The position numbers and the translations under genes are program-made. The notes under the pieces were generated by a model. That model searched no databases, was not told where the DNA came from, and was given only the letters and a program-made list of their open reading frames with translations. A stretch of DNA of 64,000 bases from Candidatus Latescibacterota bacterium (GTDB taxonomy: Bacteria; Latescibacterota; UBA2968). This document shows, one piece after another, positions 40,279 to 50,744 of this stretch. The DNA is taken from contig OZ240241.1 in assembly GCA_965198115.1 (NCBI GenBank), forward strand, positions 1,568,001 to 1,632,000. Direction: 5' to 3'. The stretch's first letter is position 1. Each line of letters opens with the position of its first letter.

Positions 40279-41763
40279 ATGCCTCACAAACCTCACCTCA
40301 TCATCCTGATGGCCGACCAGTTGCGATACGATCTGGTCGGCGAGCACACCCCCAACATATCTGCCCTGATGGCCGAGAGTACGCGTTTCTCGCGCGCCTA
40401 CTGTGCTTCACCACTATGTGTACCCGCCCGGGGAGCTTTCTTCACGGGTCGGTATCCTAATGAAAACGGCTCGCTGATCAACCCCTGGGAAAAGAAGGAG
40501 TCCGTCCACGGCGACGTGCGTGCGGGTATCCCCAACCTCTACGGTCTGCTTGAAGACGAATGGGACAGCTGGCACACCGGCAAGCAACACCTGATGACCG
40601 CGGATGAGCTGGATCGCTCGCCCGAGACGAAGACACACTGGCTGAGCCTGAATCGTGGCTACGGGGATCATCTGAAATCTCAGGGCAAGCGACGACCCGG
40701 AGGCCCGGAATTCAAAGGCTTCATGCCCGAGATGGCTTATGGCACCACGACGCGTACCAAGACGTATTCGATCCCTACAACCGGATGCTACGAGCACGGC
40801 CTGGACGATTTCTTCGATGGCTACATCAAGAACACATCGATTCGGGCCATCGACGAGCGCGATCGATCGAAGCCGTTCATGCTGAACGCCATGTTCATCG
40901 CACCCCACCCACCCTACGACATTCCCGAGCCGTTCTACTCGCACGTCAGGGGAATGGACATGCCCGAGAACGTTGGCGTGTGGGGGGCGGGGCAATCCCC
41001 TCTTCAGCTCTACAACCTGACAGGCTTCCTCGGTTCCCGATATTCCCGTGAAGACTGGCAGATGCCCTGGGATGTCTACACAGGACTCGTCGCCCTGCTA
41101 GACCACTGCATCGGCGAAATCGTTCAGAAGCTCAAGGATGAGGACGTGTATGACGATGCCCTTATTCTCTGGACAGCCGACCACGGTGAAATGCTCGGTT
41201 CGCACTGCCTGTTCCAGAAAATGTGCATGTACGAGGAATCCACGCACGTCCCCATGTCCTTCAAGCTGCCCAAGGGTTGGCAGCAGACGGCATCATCCGA
41301 ACAGCTCGTCAGTCACATCGACGTACTCCCGACCCTATGTGACTTTCTGGACGTCCCGATTCCCAAAGGGGTCACGGGCGTCTCCCTGCGTCCCACCATC
41401 GAGTCGGGAGCAAGCATCGATCGGGATGGTGTTTTCATCCAGTTCGACGGAAACGGAGCTCGTGGTAACTTCCAGCGAAGCATCGTGAAGGGTCGACACA
41501 AACTGATTGTCGATCTGTTCAAGGACGAAACCTTCTTCGAACTCTACGATGTCATCGATGACCCTCAGGAAAAATACAATCGTGCCTTCGAGGAGCAGGA
41601 CGTTACACGAGAACTCGCACGCCTCCTGACAGACTGGATGCGTGACACGGGTGACCTCATCAGCATCGATGCAGACGCCTACGACCGGTTTCTGGAAGCC
41701 TACGCAGCTTTCCAGTCAGCCGAACCGACCTACCCCATTGCGCCAAGAGCAGAGCAGTCATGA
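40279..41763 (+). CDS. Sulfatase
   Basis: MADQLR, CVPAR, GKQH, PHPP, TADHG, QKMCMYEE. Confidence 0.92.
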   Translation: MPHKPHLIILMADQLRYDLVGEHTPNISALMAESTRFSRAYCASPLCVPARGAFFTGRYPNENGSLINPWEKKESVHGDVRAGIPNLYGLLEDEWDSWHTGKQHLMTADELDRSPETKTHWLSLNRGYGDHLKSQGKRRPGGPEFKGFMPEMAYGTTTRTKTYSIPTTGCYEHGLDDFFDGYIKNTSIRAIDERDRSKPFMLNAMFIAPHPPYDIPEPFYSHVRGMDMPENVGVWGAGQSPLQLYNLTGFLGSRYSREDWQMPWDVYTGLVALLDHCIGEIVQKLKDEDVYDDALILWTADHGEMLGSHCLFQKMCMYEESTHVPMSFKLPKGWQQTASSEQLVSHIDVLPTLCDFLDVPIPKGVTGVSLRPTIESGASIDRDGVFIQFDGNGARGNFQRSIVKGRHKLIVDLFKDETFFELYDVIDDPQEKYNRAFEEQDVTRELARLLTDWMRDTGDLISIDADAYDRFLEAYAAFQSAEPTYPIAPRAEQS

Positions 41764-41892
41764 CACAAGTACGCGAAGGATGGTGGCTGCCCAAATGTCC
41801 GGGTTCACCCATCACTCATTCCCGATAGGGTTATGGAGGCTTCGTCGGCTACCCTCAGTGTCCTCAGTGGCTGCCTTTAGGGAGGTATCCCA

Positions 41893-42747
41893 ATGAACTC
41901 ACTCGATCAATACCGCTACGAATACCTTACCTGGCCCGAAATCAACCACGCCGCCGAAGCCCGCAAGGTCGTGCTGCTTCCGATTGGAAGCACCGAACAG
42001 CACGGCCACCATCTGCCGCTCGACACGGATAACTTTCTCGCCACGAGTGTTTGCCTCGAAGCAGCGAAGAAGGCGCCCCAGGAGCTGCTCGTCATGCCCA
42101 ACATTCCCTATGGCTACAACGAGCACGCCCAGGATTTCCCCGGCACGATCCACGTCACCTACGAGCACTTCATCGAGTACTGTCTCGACGTCTGTAAGAG
42201 CGTCGCCTACGTGGGTTTCAATCGAATCGCCATCGTTGACGGTCACGGATCTAACGAGCACCTGTGTGAGTTCATCGCCCGGCGCGCGACGCTCGAAACC
42301 GAAGCCCTCATCGCATCGCTGATGTGGACGAACCTGGTCACGGAGGAATTCGAAGAGATCCGTGATTCGGGCCTAGGGGGTGCCGCACACGCCTGCGAGC
42401 TCGAAACCTCGGCCTATCTCTACCTTGCCGAGGACCGCGTCCAGATGGACAAGGCTCAGGACCACTACGGTGGAGCGGCGGGAAGTGAGGGATCACGCTA
42501 TATGTGGGTCGACATCGGCAAGGGCTGGGGGCCCGTCAAGGTGGTCAAGTGGACGAGCGCGTCGACGCCCAACGGTGTGTCGGGTGCGCCGACTCTGGCC
42601 ACGAGCGAGAAAGGCCAGGTTTTGATCGACGGAGCTGCCGAGCATCTCCTCGCGTTCAGCCGGGAGTTCAAAGACATGCCTGAACCCGTCCGTGTCGACC
42701 ATCGAAAGGTGAAGCCCTCACGCCCGACATTGCCGAACCTGGACTGA
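41893..42747 (+). CDS. Creatininase family amidohydrolase
   Basis: PIGSTEQHGHHLPLDTD, FPGTI, DGHGSN, HACELET. Confidence 0.92.
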   Translation: MNSLDQYRYEYLTWPEINHAAEARKVVLLPIGSTEQHGHHLPLDTDNFLATSVCLEAAKKAPQELLVMPNIPYGYNEHAQDFPGTIHVTYEHFIEYCLDVCKSVAYVGFNRIAIVDGHGSNEHLCEFIARRATLETEALIASLMWTNLVTEEFEEIRDSGLGGAAHACELETSAYLYLAEDRVQMDKAQDHYGGAAGSEGSRYMWVDIGKGWGPVKVVKWTSASTPNGVSGAPTLATSEKGQVLIDGAAEHLLAFSREFKDMPEPVRVDHRKVKPSRPTLPNLD

Positions 42748-42794
42748 CGGAGCGTTCTCAGGCAGAACCTGGAGACCATTGAACTAGGACACAG

Positions 42795-42894
42795 CCCCCC
42801 CGGGCAGAGCCGGGGGTGAGCTGATACGCATTGCTTAAATTCTTTAAGACCAAGTGGCGCGCTCGTCCCCGTGCTCCGCACGGGGCGGCGCTAA
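42795..42894. repeat. Inverted REP doublet, same family as 15023-15136
   Basis: cccccgggc-aga-gccggggg-tgagc and gctcgtccccgtgc-tcc-gcacggggcg. Confidence 0.65.
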
Positions 42895-42919
42895 CTGTCT
42901 GATTTCCTGCGGAGCGCCC

Positions 42920-44380
42920 ATGAAAACCCTCTTCATCATGCTCGACTCGTTGAACCGCCATTACTTGAATACCTACAATCCCGATGCGTGGGTCCAGACG
43001 CCCAACATCGATCGCCTCGCCCAACGCGGTATCGTCTTCGACAACCATTACTGCGGATCGATGCCGTGCATGCCGGCCAGGAGAGAGTTTTACACCGGGC
43101 GGCTCAACTTCCTTGAAACCCCGTGGTCCCCGATCCAACCGTGGGACAACTGTCTACAACCGGAACTCCGGAACCAACGACAGGTCTACTCCCACATGAT
43201 CACCGACCACTACCACTACTACCACAGCGGTGGAGAGTGCTACCACACACGCTTCAACAGCTGGGAGTTCTTGCGTGGCCAGGAAAGCGATGTCTGGCGT
43301 CCACTGGTCGATGAGCCAGAAACACCCGACTTCATCGGTCGCCGACAGCAGCGAGCCTACTGGTCCAATCGGGCCTTCATGGATCCCGAACGTGACGAAG
43401 ATTTCTCGACGCCGCAATGCTTCATCCGAGCGATGGATTTCCTCGACCACAACCACGACGCGGACAATTGGCATCTTCATCTGGAATGTTTCGACCCACA
43501 CGAGCCGTTTGCCTGTCCACAAAAGTATCGCGACCTCTACGATGATTCGTGGGACATGGAGAAGCTCCATTTCAACTGGCCAGACTATGCGCCTATCGAG
43601 GAGGACGAGGAAGCGGTCGCTCACATTCGCAAGTCCTACGCCGGTACCCTCACCATGGCCGACCATTGGCTCGGGAAGCTTCTGGACAAAATGGATGAGC
43701 ACAACCTCTGGAAAGACACCACGGTCATCCTCACGACCGACCACGGCCACCTCCTGGGTGAGCACGGATACTGGGCGAAGAACTACATGTTCGACTACAA
43801 GGAACTCGTTCACATCCCCATGTTCATCTCGACGCCCGATGGAGACGCAGGACGACGCTCTGCTCTGACCGCATCCATGGACCTCATGCCCACGTTCATG
43901 GACCTGCACGACGGTGAACTGCCAGGGGGCGTGCACGGGCGATCGATTCAACACCTGTTCGCGAATGACGGGGACCACAACGACGCCATTCTGTATGGCT
44001 ACTTCGGCAAGGATATCAACCTGACGGATGGCCAATACACCTACTGTCGCCAGGCGCTTCCCGACACCACGCTCTACAACCACCTCGGCAATCCGTGCAA
44101 CTTCAGCGATTTCGAAAAGCGTGATGTGCTCAAGAATGCCGAATTGGGTGTTTTTCTCGACTCGGCCGACGGGATCCCCCACTACAGGATCGAAACGCCG
44201 TCCAAGTGGCATCACGACGCACCGGACTTCAACCCGATCTACGACATCACCAAGGATCCACTCCAGGAGAGTCCCATCAAGGACGACGCGCTCGAGGGCA
44301 GGCTAGCAGCCAAGATGAAGGAACTTCTGGATCGCTTCGATGCTCCCGAATGTCAGTATCCGCGTGTAGGACTAGGTTAA
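42920..44380 (+). CDS. Sulfatase
   Basis: MLDSL, CMPAR, FDPHEP, TTDHG, WAKN. Confidence 0.92.
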   Translation: MKTLFIMLDSLNRHYLNTYNPDAWVQTPNIDRLAQRGIVFDNHYCGSMPCMPARREFYTGRLNFLETPWSPIQPWDNCLQPELRNQRQVYSHMITDHYHYYHSGGECYHTRFNSWEFLRGQESDVWRPLVDEPETPDFIGRRQQRAYWSNRAFMDPERDEDFSTPQCFIRAMDFLDHNHDADNWHLHLECFDPHEPFACPQKYRDLYDDSWDMEKLHFNWPDYAPIEEDEEAVAHIRKSYAGTLTMADHWLGKLLDKMDEHNLWKDTTVILTTDHGHLLGEHGYWAKNYMFDYKELVHIPMFISTPDGDAGRRSALTASMDLMPTFMDLHDGELPGGVHGRSIQHLFANDGDHNDAILYGYFGKDINLTDGQYTYCRQALPDTTLYNHLGNPCNFSDFEKRDVLKNAELGVFLDSADGIPHYRIETPSKWHHDAPDFNPIYDITKDPLQESPIKDDALEGRLAAKMKELLDRFDAPECQYPRVGLG

Positions 44381-44557
44381 CGCCGTTTTGATCGTCAGTC
44401 GCTGAGCCGGAAGGTCACAGCCTTATGCTTCTTAGCGGGGGCCCATTTTGATCTTCGGCTCGCTACCATACGGAAAAACCAGAATGGTCCCGGCCCGGAA
44501 GCACACCGGGATGACACTGGCTCTCTTCATTTTTGTGATTGTCTGAGAGGAACACCA

Positions 44558-45529
44558 ATGCCTGTTAAAGTCGTTGTCATGGCAGGACGATGGGCCGAAT
44601 GGACCGATGACTACAACGCGGTCTCATCGGAAGTGAACGCTGTCGCTGCACACACGGATGAAGCGCTGCTGGAAGAAATCGTTGACGCGGACGTCGTCTT
44701 CGGTCGTCTGCCAAAAGAACCGTTCCTGGCGGCGAAACAACTCAAGTGGGTCCAGAGTATCGGCGTAGGATTCGAAACCATGCTCTACCCCGAAATGATC
44801 GAGAGCGACGTCGTCATCACCAACACGGCGGGCGCGTTCGACTCGGCCATGGCCGAGCACGCCCTCGCTCTGATCCTGAGCCACACACGCGGCGTGATCG
44901 CCTCCGAACGCCATCGTAGGAACCGGTTCTATTCGAGAGACGTTCCACTCAGTCAGGTCGACGGTCGACGAGCCTGCATCCTCGGACTCGGAACGATCGG
45001 CAGAAACATCGCCATTCGCCTACACGCACTCGGTCTTCACGTCGTTGGAGTCGACGCGCAAGTCACCGAGTCTCCCGAAGGCGTCGACGAGCTGGCCACG
45101 CCTGACCAATCCCTCGACGTCATTTCGCGTGTCGACTTCGTCATCGTCGCACTCCCCTTGACCGAAAACACGAGGGGCCTGGTCAACGCCGAGTGGTTCG
45201 ACCGAATGCCCGACCACGCCTACCTCGTTAACATCGCGCGTGGCCCCATCATCAACGAAGCCGATCTCGTCGTTGCATTGAAAGAGGGTAAAATCGCCGG
45301 AGCCGGCATCGACGTCTTCGAGATCGAACCCCTGCCCGAAGAGAGTCCGCTGTGGGAGCAACCGAACGCCATCATCACCTACCATCTCGCCGGACGGTCG
45401 TCCGAGGGCCAGCGCAACATGAAACAGATCTTCTGCGAGAACCTGCGTCGCTGGGTGAAGGGTGATCCCTTGCTGAACGTGGTGGATAAACAGAAGGGGT
45501 ACGTGCTTCAGGGTTCAGGACAATCGTAG
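44558..45529 (+). CDS. D-2-hydroxyacid dehydrogenase
   Basis: GLGTIG, PLTENT, NIARG, DVFEIEPLP, TYH. Confidence 0.92.
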   Translation: MPVKVVVMAGRWAEWTDDYNAVSSEVNAVAAHTDEALLEEIVDADVVFGRLPKEPFLAAKQLKWVQSIGVGFETMLYPEMIESDVVITNTAGAFDSAMAEHALALILSHTRGVIASERHRRNRFYSRDVPLSQVDGRRACILGLGTIGRNIAIRLHALGLHVVGVDAQVTESPEGVDELATPDQSLDVISRVDFVIVALPLTENTRGLVNAEWFDRMPDHAYLVNIARGPIINEADLVVALKEGKIAGAGIDVFEIEPLPEESPLWEQPNAIITYHLAGRSSEGQRNMKQIFCENLRRWVKGDPLLNVVDKQKGYVLQGSGQS

Positions 45530-45644
45530 CATCATTGCGAAATAGACGTCGTATTGCTGCCGCACCGTTGGTAACCAGGACGCGGCGATTCGTAATATTG
45601 TTCGACTGATTCCACTGGAAAACACGATCCAACGAGGAGAATTC

Positions 45645-46880
45645 ATGGCAACACTCAACACGCTCGACGCCGTTGAAAAGGCGATCAAGGGCCAGTCCAT
45701 CGTCGACATCCATACGCATCTCTATCCCGCGTCCATGGGGCCCCTTTTTTTGGGTGGCCCCGATGAGCTCGTCACCTACCACTACCTGAAGGCCGAGACG
45801 TCGCGACAACTGCCGTCCGACATCTCGGTCGAGGCGTTCAACAACCTGCCGACCGATCAGCAGGCCGACGTGGTCTGGTCGACGCTCTTCGTCGGTGAAA
45901 GCAGCCCGATTTCGGAGGCTCAGATCGGGGTCGTCACGGTTATGGACACGCTCGGCCTTGACCCACGTGCCGCCGACCTGGCCGAATTCCGCGCTCTCTA
46001 CAACGACCACACCCCCGAGGCCTACACGGACCTGGTCTTCGAGAAATCCGGCGTTGGTACGGTCTACATGACCAACGATCCGCTTGAAGAGGTCGAAGGC
46101 GCATACTGGCAGAACGGGTTCGATCTCGACCCTCGATTCCGCGCGGTCTTGCGGCTCGACAGTGCTCTCATGAACTGGCCTGCCCCTGTCGAAAAACTCC
46201 AGGCTTTCGGGTATGACGTCGAAACCTCCCTGTCGGACAAGACCTTCGCCGAGATCCGACGCTACCTGGCCGATTGGGTCGGGAAGATGGACGCCCGATA
46301 CATGGCCATCTCACTTCCACCCGACTTCAGCTACCCGACCGACGAAACGACATCGGTGCTCATGAAAAAATGCGTTTACCCAAGCGCGGAGGAGCTGGAC
46401 ATCCCATCAGCCATGATGGTGGGTGTCACGCGCCAGGTGAATCCCGTGCTCAAGGACGGTGGTGATAGTCTGGGCAGCTGGGACGTAACCAACCTGGAAC
46501 GGATCGCGAGAGACTGGCCCAACGTCACCTTCCTCACGACCATCCTCTCACGTGAAGATCAGCACGAGCTCTGCGTCACCGCACGAAAATTCCCGAACGT
46601 TTTGCCGTTCGGCTGCTGGTGGTTCCTGAACAACCCGAGTGTCATTCAGGAGATCACTCAGGAGCGACTCGAGCTCCTCGGCACGTCCTTCATTCCACAA
46701 CATTCGGACGCCAGAATTCTCGATCAGCTCCTCTACAAATGGACGCATTCGATCCGTAGTATCGCGCCCGTCCTTGCTCGAAAATACGAGGATCTCCAGG
46801 GCGCCGGATGGCCGCTCACCCAGGAGGACGTCAGCCGCGACATCGGAAGGTTCTTCGGTGGGGGGACGGTGCTCGCCTGA
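45645..46880 (+). CDS. Uronate (glucuronate) isomerase, divergent Bacillus halodurans-type
   Basis: DIHTH, LVTYHYL, MTNDP, ARKF, GCWWFLNNP, QHSDAR. Confidence 0.85.
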   Translation: MATLNTLDAVEKAIKGQSIVDIHTHLYPASMGPLFLGGPDELVTYHYLKAETSRQLPSDISVEAFNNLPTDQQADVVWSTLFVGESSPISEAQIGVVTVMDTLGLDPRAADLAEFRALYNDHTPEAYTDLVFEKSGVGTVYMTNDPLEEVEGAYWQNGFDLDPRFRAVLRLDSALMNWPAPVEKLQAFGYDVETSLSDKTFAEIRRYLADWVGKMDARYMAISLPPDFSYPTDETTSVLMKKCVYPSAEELDIPSAMMVGVTRQVNPVLKDGGDSLGSWDVTNLERIARDWPNVTFLTTILSREDQHELCVTARKFPNVLPFGCWWFLNNPSVIQEITQERLELLGTSFIPQHSDARILDQLLYKWTHSIRSIAPVLARKYEDLQGAGWPLTQEDVSRDIGRFFGGGTVLA

Positions 46881-46902
46881 GTCCACTGTTTTAGGGAAAA
46901 GC

Positions 46903-46935
46903 AAAGGGAGCGCGATCGATGATCGGGCTCCCTTT
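46903..46935. terminator. Terminator-like hairpin between convergent genes
   Basis: aaagggagc-gcgatc-gat-gatcgg-gctcccttt. Confidence 0.7.
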
Positions 46936-46961
46936 CGCATCTCCCTACGCCGTAGTTGGTA

Positions 46962-47591
46962 CTATTCGGATGACTCCTCCCCTTCCGTCACTTCATCGGC
47001 GACCTCATCGCTGCTATCGGTCCCATTGCCTTCGACCGAGTCTTCATCAGGCAATTCCGGTTCGGTGTCTGACACCGCCAGCTGAGCCTCCGCGAGCTGT
47101 TCCTTCGCCGCGGTCGCATCCGCTTCGTGCTTCTGAACGGCGCTCATCAGAGCATCGACCTTCCCGTTCGCCTCCGCCAGTCGATCCGACAGCTCGGCGA
47201 CAACGTTGCCCAGGATGCTCGCCTTGATGTGCTGGTCGCCCTCCATCAGCTGGTAGATCAGCTCGCGCGCAATCACCAGCCCGGCGCAGTCCCCCTCGGC
47301 CACGACGGTCGCCGAACGCATGTGCCCCGTAAAGACCCCCATCTCTCCGATAGAAACGCCGGCCCCGAGCTCGACAAGCTTCTGACCCGCGGGACTCAAC
47401 ACGGTGAGCTTGCCCATAATCAGGACGAGGAAATCGTCACTCACGTCCCCCGCCGTATAAATCTGTGTATTCGCTGCGTACTTCTGGAACCGGCAGATCC
47501 GGATCAGATGTTCGGCCTGTTCCAGGCTCAGCCCTTCAAAAACCGGAATCTTCTGGAGGATCGACATCAACTGGTGCTGTTGTCGGTTCAT
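46962..47591 (-). CDS. Cyclic nucleotide-binding domain protein with acidic tail
   Basis: IPVFEGLS, IGEMG..RSATV; no HTH. Confidence 0.85.
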   Translation of the reverse strand: MNRQQHQLMSILQKIPVFEGLSLEQAEHLIRICRFQKYAANTQIYTAGDVSDDFLVLIMGKLTVLSPAGQKLVELGAGVSIGEMGVFTGHMRSATVVAEGDCAGLVIARELIYQLMEGDQHIKASILGNVVAELSDRLAEANGKVDALMSAVQKHEADATAAKEQLAEAQLAVSDTEPELPDEDSVEGNGTDSSDEVADEVTEGEESSE

Positions 47592-47642
47592 GTTGCAACC
47601 CCTTTGGAGCGACTACGGGAAAGAACTGCTCCAATAATACGT

Positions 47643-49010
47643 CTATGTGACGGCTTGGTCGACCGATTCCGACAGCACGCCCAGACCCTCTTCCAGTGCC
47701 TCACGCGAAATCGTCAGCGGCGGCGAAATCTTCACCGTCTGGCCCCACGAGCCGACGGGCGCAAAAAAGAGCAAGCCTTTGTGAAAACAGCGCTCTACGA
47801 TGTCGAATGCCAGATCTGGATCCGGTTCTTTCTTCCCCCGCTTGACCATCTGCAGCCCGGCGACCAGACCTTTCCCCGTGCAGTTTCCGACGACTTCGGC
47901 GTGTCGCTTCTGAATCGCCTTCAGTCCCGCCAACAGGACCGGTTCGAGCCGTGCGGCGTTCTCGACCAAACCGTCGTTCACGATTTTCTTCAGACTCGCG
48001 AGGGCCGCAGCCGCGCAGATCGGGTTCCCTGTGTGCGTACTCGTCATCGACCCTGGTGAATACTGGTCCATGATCGCCTGCCGCCCCACGACACCGGACA
48101 GTGGGAGCGAACTGCTGACCCCCTTGCCAAAACAGATCAGGTCCGGATCGACACCGTAGTGCTCGAAGCCCCACATGGTTCCACATCGGCCGAACCCGGC
48201 TTGCACTTCGTCCAAGATGAGCAGGGCGTCGTGCGCCCGACACCATTCGGCCAGAGCCTCGACATACGCGACCGGAGCGAAGTCGGGCCCCACACCTTGG
48301 TACGTTTCGAGCATGACGCCCGCGACCTGATCGGGTTCGAGGCCGCGTTCTTCCACGGTCGTGCAGAACAGATCGAAATCCGTGTTGTCCGTCCAGTAGC
48401 CGTCCGGAAAGGGGACTTGAATGATAGCCGGGTCCTCGTTGACGATCCAATCCTTCTGCCCGGGCATCCCACCGACCTGCTGGGAACCCAACGTCCGACC
48501 GTGAAAGCCCCGCTCGAACCCGACCACACCAATTTTCTTCTCGCCCCCGTGACGGATCCCGTGGCTTCGGGCCAGCTTGATCGCACACTCCGTCGCTTCC
48601 GACCCTGTCGTCAGCAGGAAGACCTTGTCCAGACCATCGGGCGCCAGGCCGACGATGTAGCGGGCCAGCTCCGCGCGCTCCTCACTCGGAAAGCAGTAGT
48701 TGTGAAGCAGCCCGCTTTCTGCCTGTTCGATCACGGCCTTTCGAACCTCCGGCATGCCATGACCGGCATTCGTGACCAACACACCCGAACTCCAGTCGAG
48801 CCACATGTTTCCGTGCTTGTCGTAAACGTTGACGTCTTCTGCGCGGTCCCACACGACAGGCGGCTGGCCCCGCATGGAAATCGGCTCGAACTCTCTCAAC
48901 GTCTCGAGCGTCTCCACCGACTCGGGGGCGGGCAAGGACGTCACGATGCGACGATACTTCGTGTCGACCTTCGGCACGTCTTTCGGTGTGATGTCGAACT
49001 CTTTCCCCAT
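47643..49010 (-). CDS. Class III PLP aminotransferase
   Basis: GSEATE, GFHGRT, DEVQAGFGRCG, FGKG, STHTGNP. Confidence 0.93.
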   Translation of the reverse strand: MGKEFDITPKDVPKVDTKYRRIVTSLPAPESVETLETLREFEPISMRGQPPVVWDRAEDVNVYDKHGNMWLDWSSGVLVTNAGHGMPEVRKAVIEQAESGLLHNYCFPSEERAELARYIVGLAPDGLDKVFLLTTGSEATECAIKLARSHGIRHGGEKKIGVVGFERGFHGRTLGSQQVGGMPGQKDWIVNEDPAIIQVPFPDGYWTDNTDFDLFCTTVEERGLEPDQVAGVMLETYQGVGPDFAPVAYVEALAEWCRAHDALLILDEVQAGFGRCGTMWGFEHYGVDPDLICFGKGVSSSLPLSGVVGRQAIMDQYSPGSMTSTHTGNPICAAAALASLKKIVNDGLVENAARLEPVLLAGLKAIQKRHAEVVGNCTGKGLVAGLQMVKRGKKEPDPDLAFDIVERCFHKGLLFFAPVGSWGQTVKISPPLTISREALEEGLGVLSESVDQAVT

Positions 49011-49067
49011 GATCCCGCTATTGAATCCGAAGGTGGCTGTCCCAGTCTTTCAATTCTCGATTCTCGA

Positions 49068-50351
49068 TCACAAGGGTCGATCGTAGATCTTTTCAAACAC
49101 AGCGTCAGGACCTTCGCTCGCACGATTCGGATCGACGATCGCAATGCCATCGGGACCGAACGTGGCCGACACAGAAGCTCCCTTGCCTTCCTGCATGTAA
49201 GCGTAGTTCAGATCGCGCACGAGCATCGCGGCGTGAACGATCGCCACGGTGATGCGTCCGTCTTCGGCCGTCGGGTAGATTCCGGCGACGTCCTCGATCG
49301 AATCCCCGTTGAACTTCACACGGCACATGGCCACCAGGCCGACGACAATGCTGTCGACGCCATAGCCGACGTAGGCGTCGTGGCCTTCCGGCCGCTTGAT
49401 GTCTCGCGTCATGTGATTGTTCACCGTGCGGCTGCCGCCTCCGTGGTACCAGAAGCGGAACCCGCGATACTGCTGATCGGACTCGACCTTACCGTCGGCG
49501 CCCACGATTTCGTGCCCCTGGTTGACCGGGCCCTCGAAGTCATCGGGCGTAATCCAATTGTTGTGGAAGTGGATAGACATGCCATTTTCGAAGTCGACCC
49601 GGACCTGAACGGAATCGTAGGCGTCGATGCCGTCTCGAATCAGGCGCTTCTTCTGACCCACGGCCGTCAGCGAAACAGGCTTGCTCCGGTAGTAATTGTA
49701 GATCAGATCGGTCCAGTGAGGCCCCACATAGCTGAACGGGTCGCTCTGCTCCGCCCACTTGAACGTACTCGTCGATACCTCGAGGGGCTCCTCCAGCATC
49801 GCCTGACCGTAAAGAGGATCTCCAATCCGATCCTTGATGTCGTTCAAAATCCTCAGATGATCGGGGTCGTATCGCTTGTGCATGTCGATCGCGACCACGA
49901 GACCCTTCTCCCTCGCCTTGGCGATGATCTCGTCGGCCTCGTGAACGGACAGACACATCGGCTTTTCCATCAGCACGTGCGAACCGTTGTCGAGCGCGTC
50001 GAGAGTCACCTGTGTGTGGAGATGGTCAGGCGTGGCCACCGACATCACGTCGAGGTCAGGATGGTCCGCGATTACTTCTCGCCAGGGCGTTTCGCCGTGA
50101 TACGCCTGGGGACGACGCCCCGTCCACTGCTCGAAAGTGTCGCACGCTTTGGCCGCGGATGCCTCCGACCGTGTCGCGATCGCCACGAGATCGAACTCTA
50201 CGGGCGCGAGTTCCCGGGCGTGCGCATCCAACCCGACGCGGCCAAGCATCCCGGCGATGCCGGCCTTTTGCAGGTCAGCATACGCCCGGGCGTGGACGTC
50301 CCCCCCGAACATCCCCGCCCCGATCAGGGCAATCTTCATCGTCTGTGCCAT
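49068..50351 (-). CDS. Gfo/Idh/MocA oxidoreductase
   Basis: IGAGMFG, VATPDHLH, MEKPM, HKRYDP. Confidence 0.9.
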   Translation of the reverse strand: MAQTMKIALIGAGMFGGDVHARAYADLQKAGIAGMLGRVGLDAHARELAPVEFDLVAIATRSEASAAKACDTFEQWTGRRPQAYHGETPWREVIADHPDLDVMSVATPDHLHTQVTLDALDNGSHVLMEKPMCLSVHEADEIIAKAREKGLVVAIDMHKRYDPDHLRILNDIKDRIGDPLYGQAMLEEPLEVSTSTFKWAEQSDPFSYVGPHWTDLIYNYYRSKPVSLTAVGQKKRLIRDGIDAYDSVQVRVDFENGMSIHFHNNWITPDDFEGPVNQGHEIVGADGKVESDQQYRGFRFWYHGGGSRTVNNHMTRDIKRPEGHDAYVGYGVDSIVVGLVAMCRVKFNGDSIEDVAGIYPTAEDGRITVAIVHAAMLVRDLNYAYMQEGKGASVSATFGPDGIAIVDPNRASEGPDAVFEKIYDRPL

Positions 50352-50743
50352 CACTCTTCCTCTTCCTTGCTCCCACCCGGTGGCTTTTCCCATTCCCGGT
50401 ATTCTTTTTCGGAAATGAACCGACCCCGGTCGTCCAGGAAGCTTTCGCTGTCGACCTGATCCACGACGTGCCCCTTTCGATCGATCAGCCCCCATTGCCC
50501 CGCCTCCTTGACTTTGGCAATGCCTCCCGTAAAAACGCGGGCCTGCTCGAACCGCGGCGGAATCACCCACTTTCCCGAAGTGTCGATGAACCCCCACTTC
50601 CCTTCAAAACGTACCCGTGCGAGACCCTCTGAGAAGCTGCCGGCCGAATCGAACTTCGGGTCGATCACAGTCTTCCCGGTTGCGTCCCGAAACCCCCATT
50701 GTTCGCCCTCGGCGAACGGCACGTAGTCGTGACCGATCATCAT
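50351..50743 (-). CDS. WG-repeat protein
   Basis: WGFRD..FSEGLA..KWGFID..WGLIDRKG. Confidence 0.88.
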   Translation of the reverse strand: MMIGHDYVPFAEGEQWGFRDATGKTVIDPKFDSAGSFSEGLARVRFEGKWGFIDTSGKWVIPPRFEQARVFTGGIAKVKEAGQWGLIDRKGHVVDQVDSESFLDDRGRFISEKEYREWEKPPGGSKEEEE

Positions 50744-50744
50744 C

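Noticed and set aside
44395-44425. CCGGAAGG..CAGCC resembling the SRP RNA domain IV
   Set aside because: Lacks the TCAGG/AGCAG internal loop and the long enclosing stem.
48159-50459. 766-aa plus-strand ORF, and similar long ORFs at 2722-4131, 34906-36363 and 43154-44215
   Set aside because: Antisense shadows of motif-bearing genes, expected in high-GC DNA.
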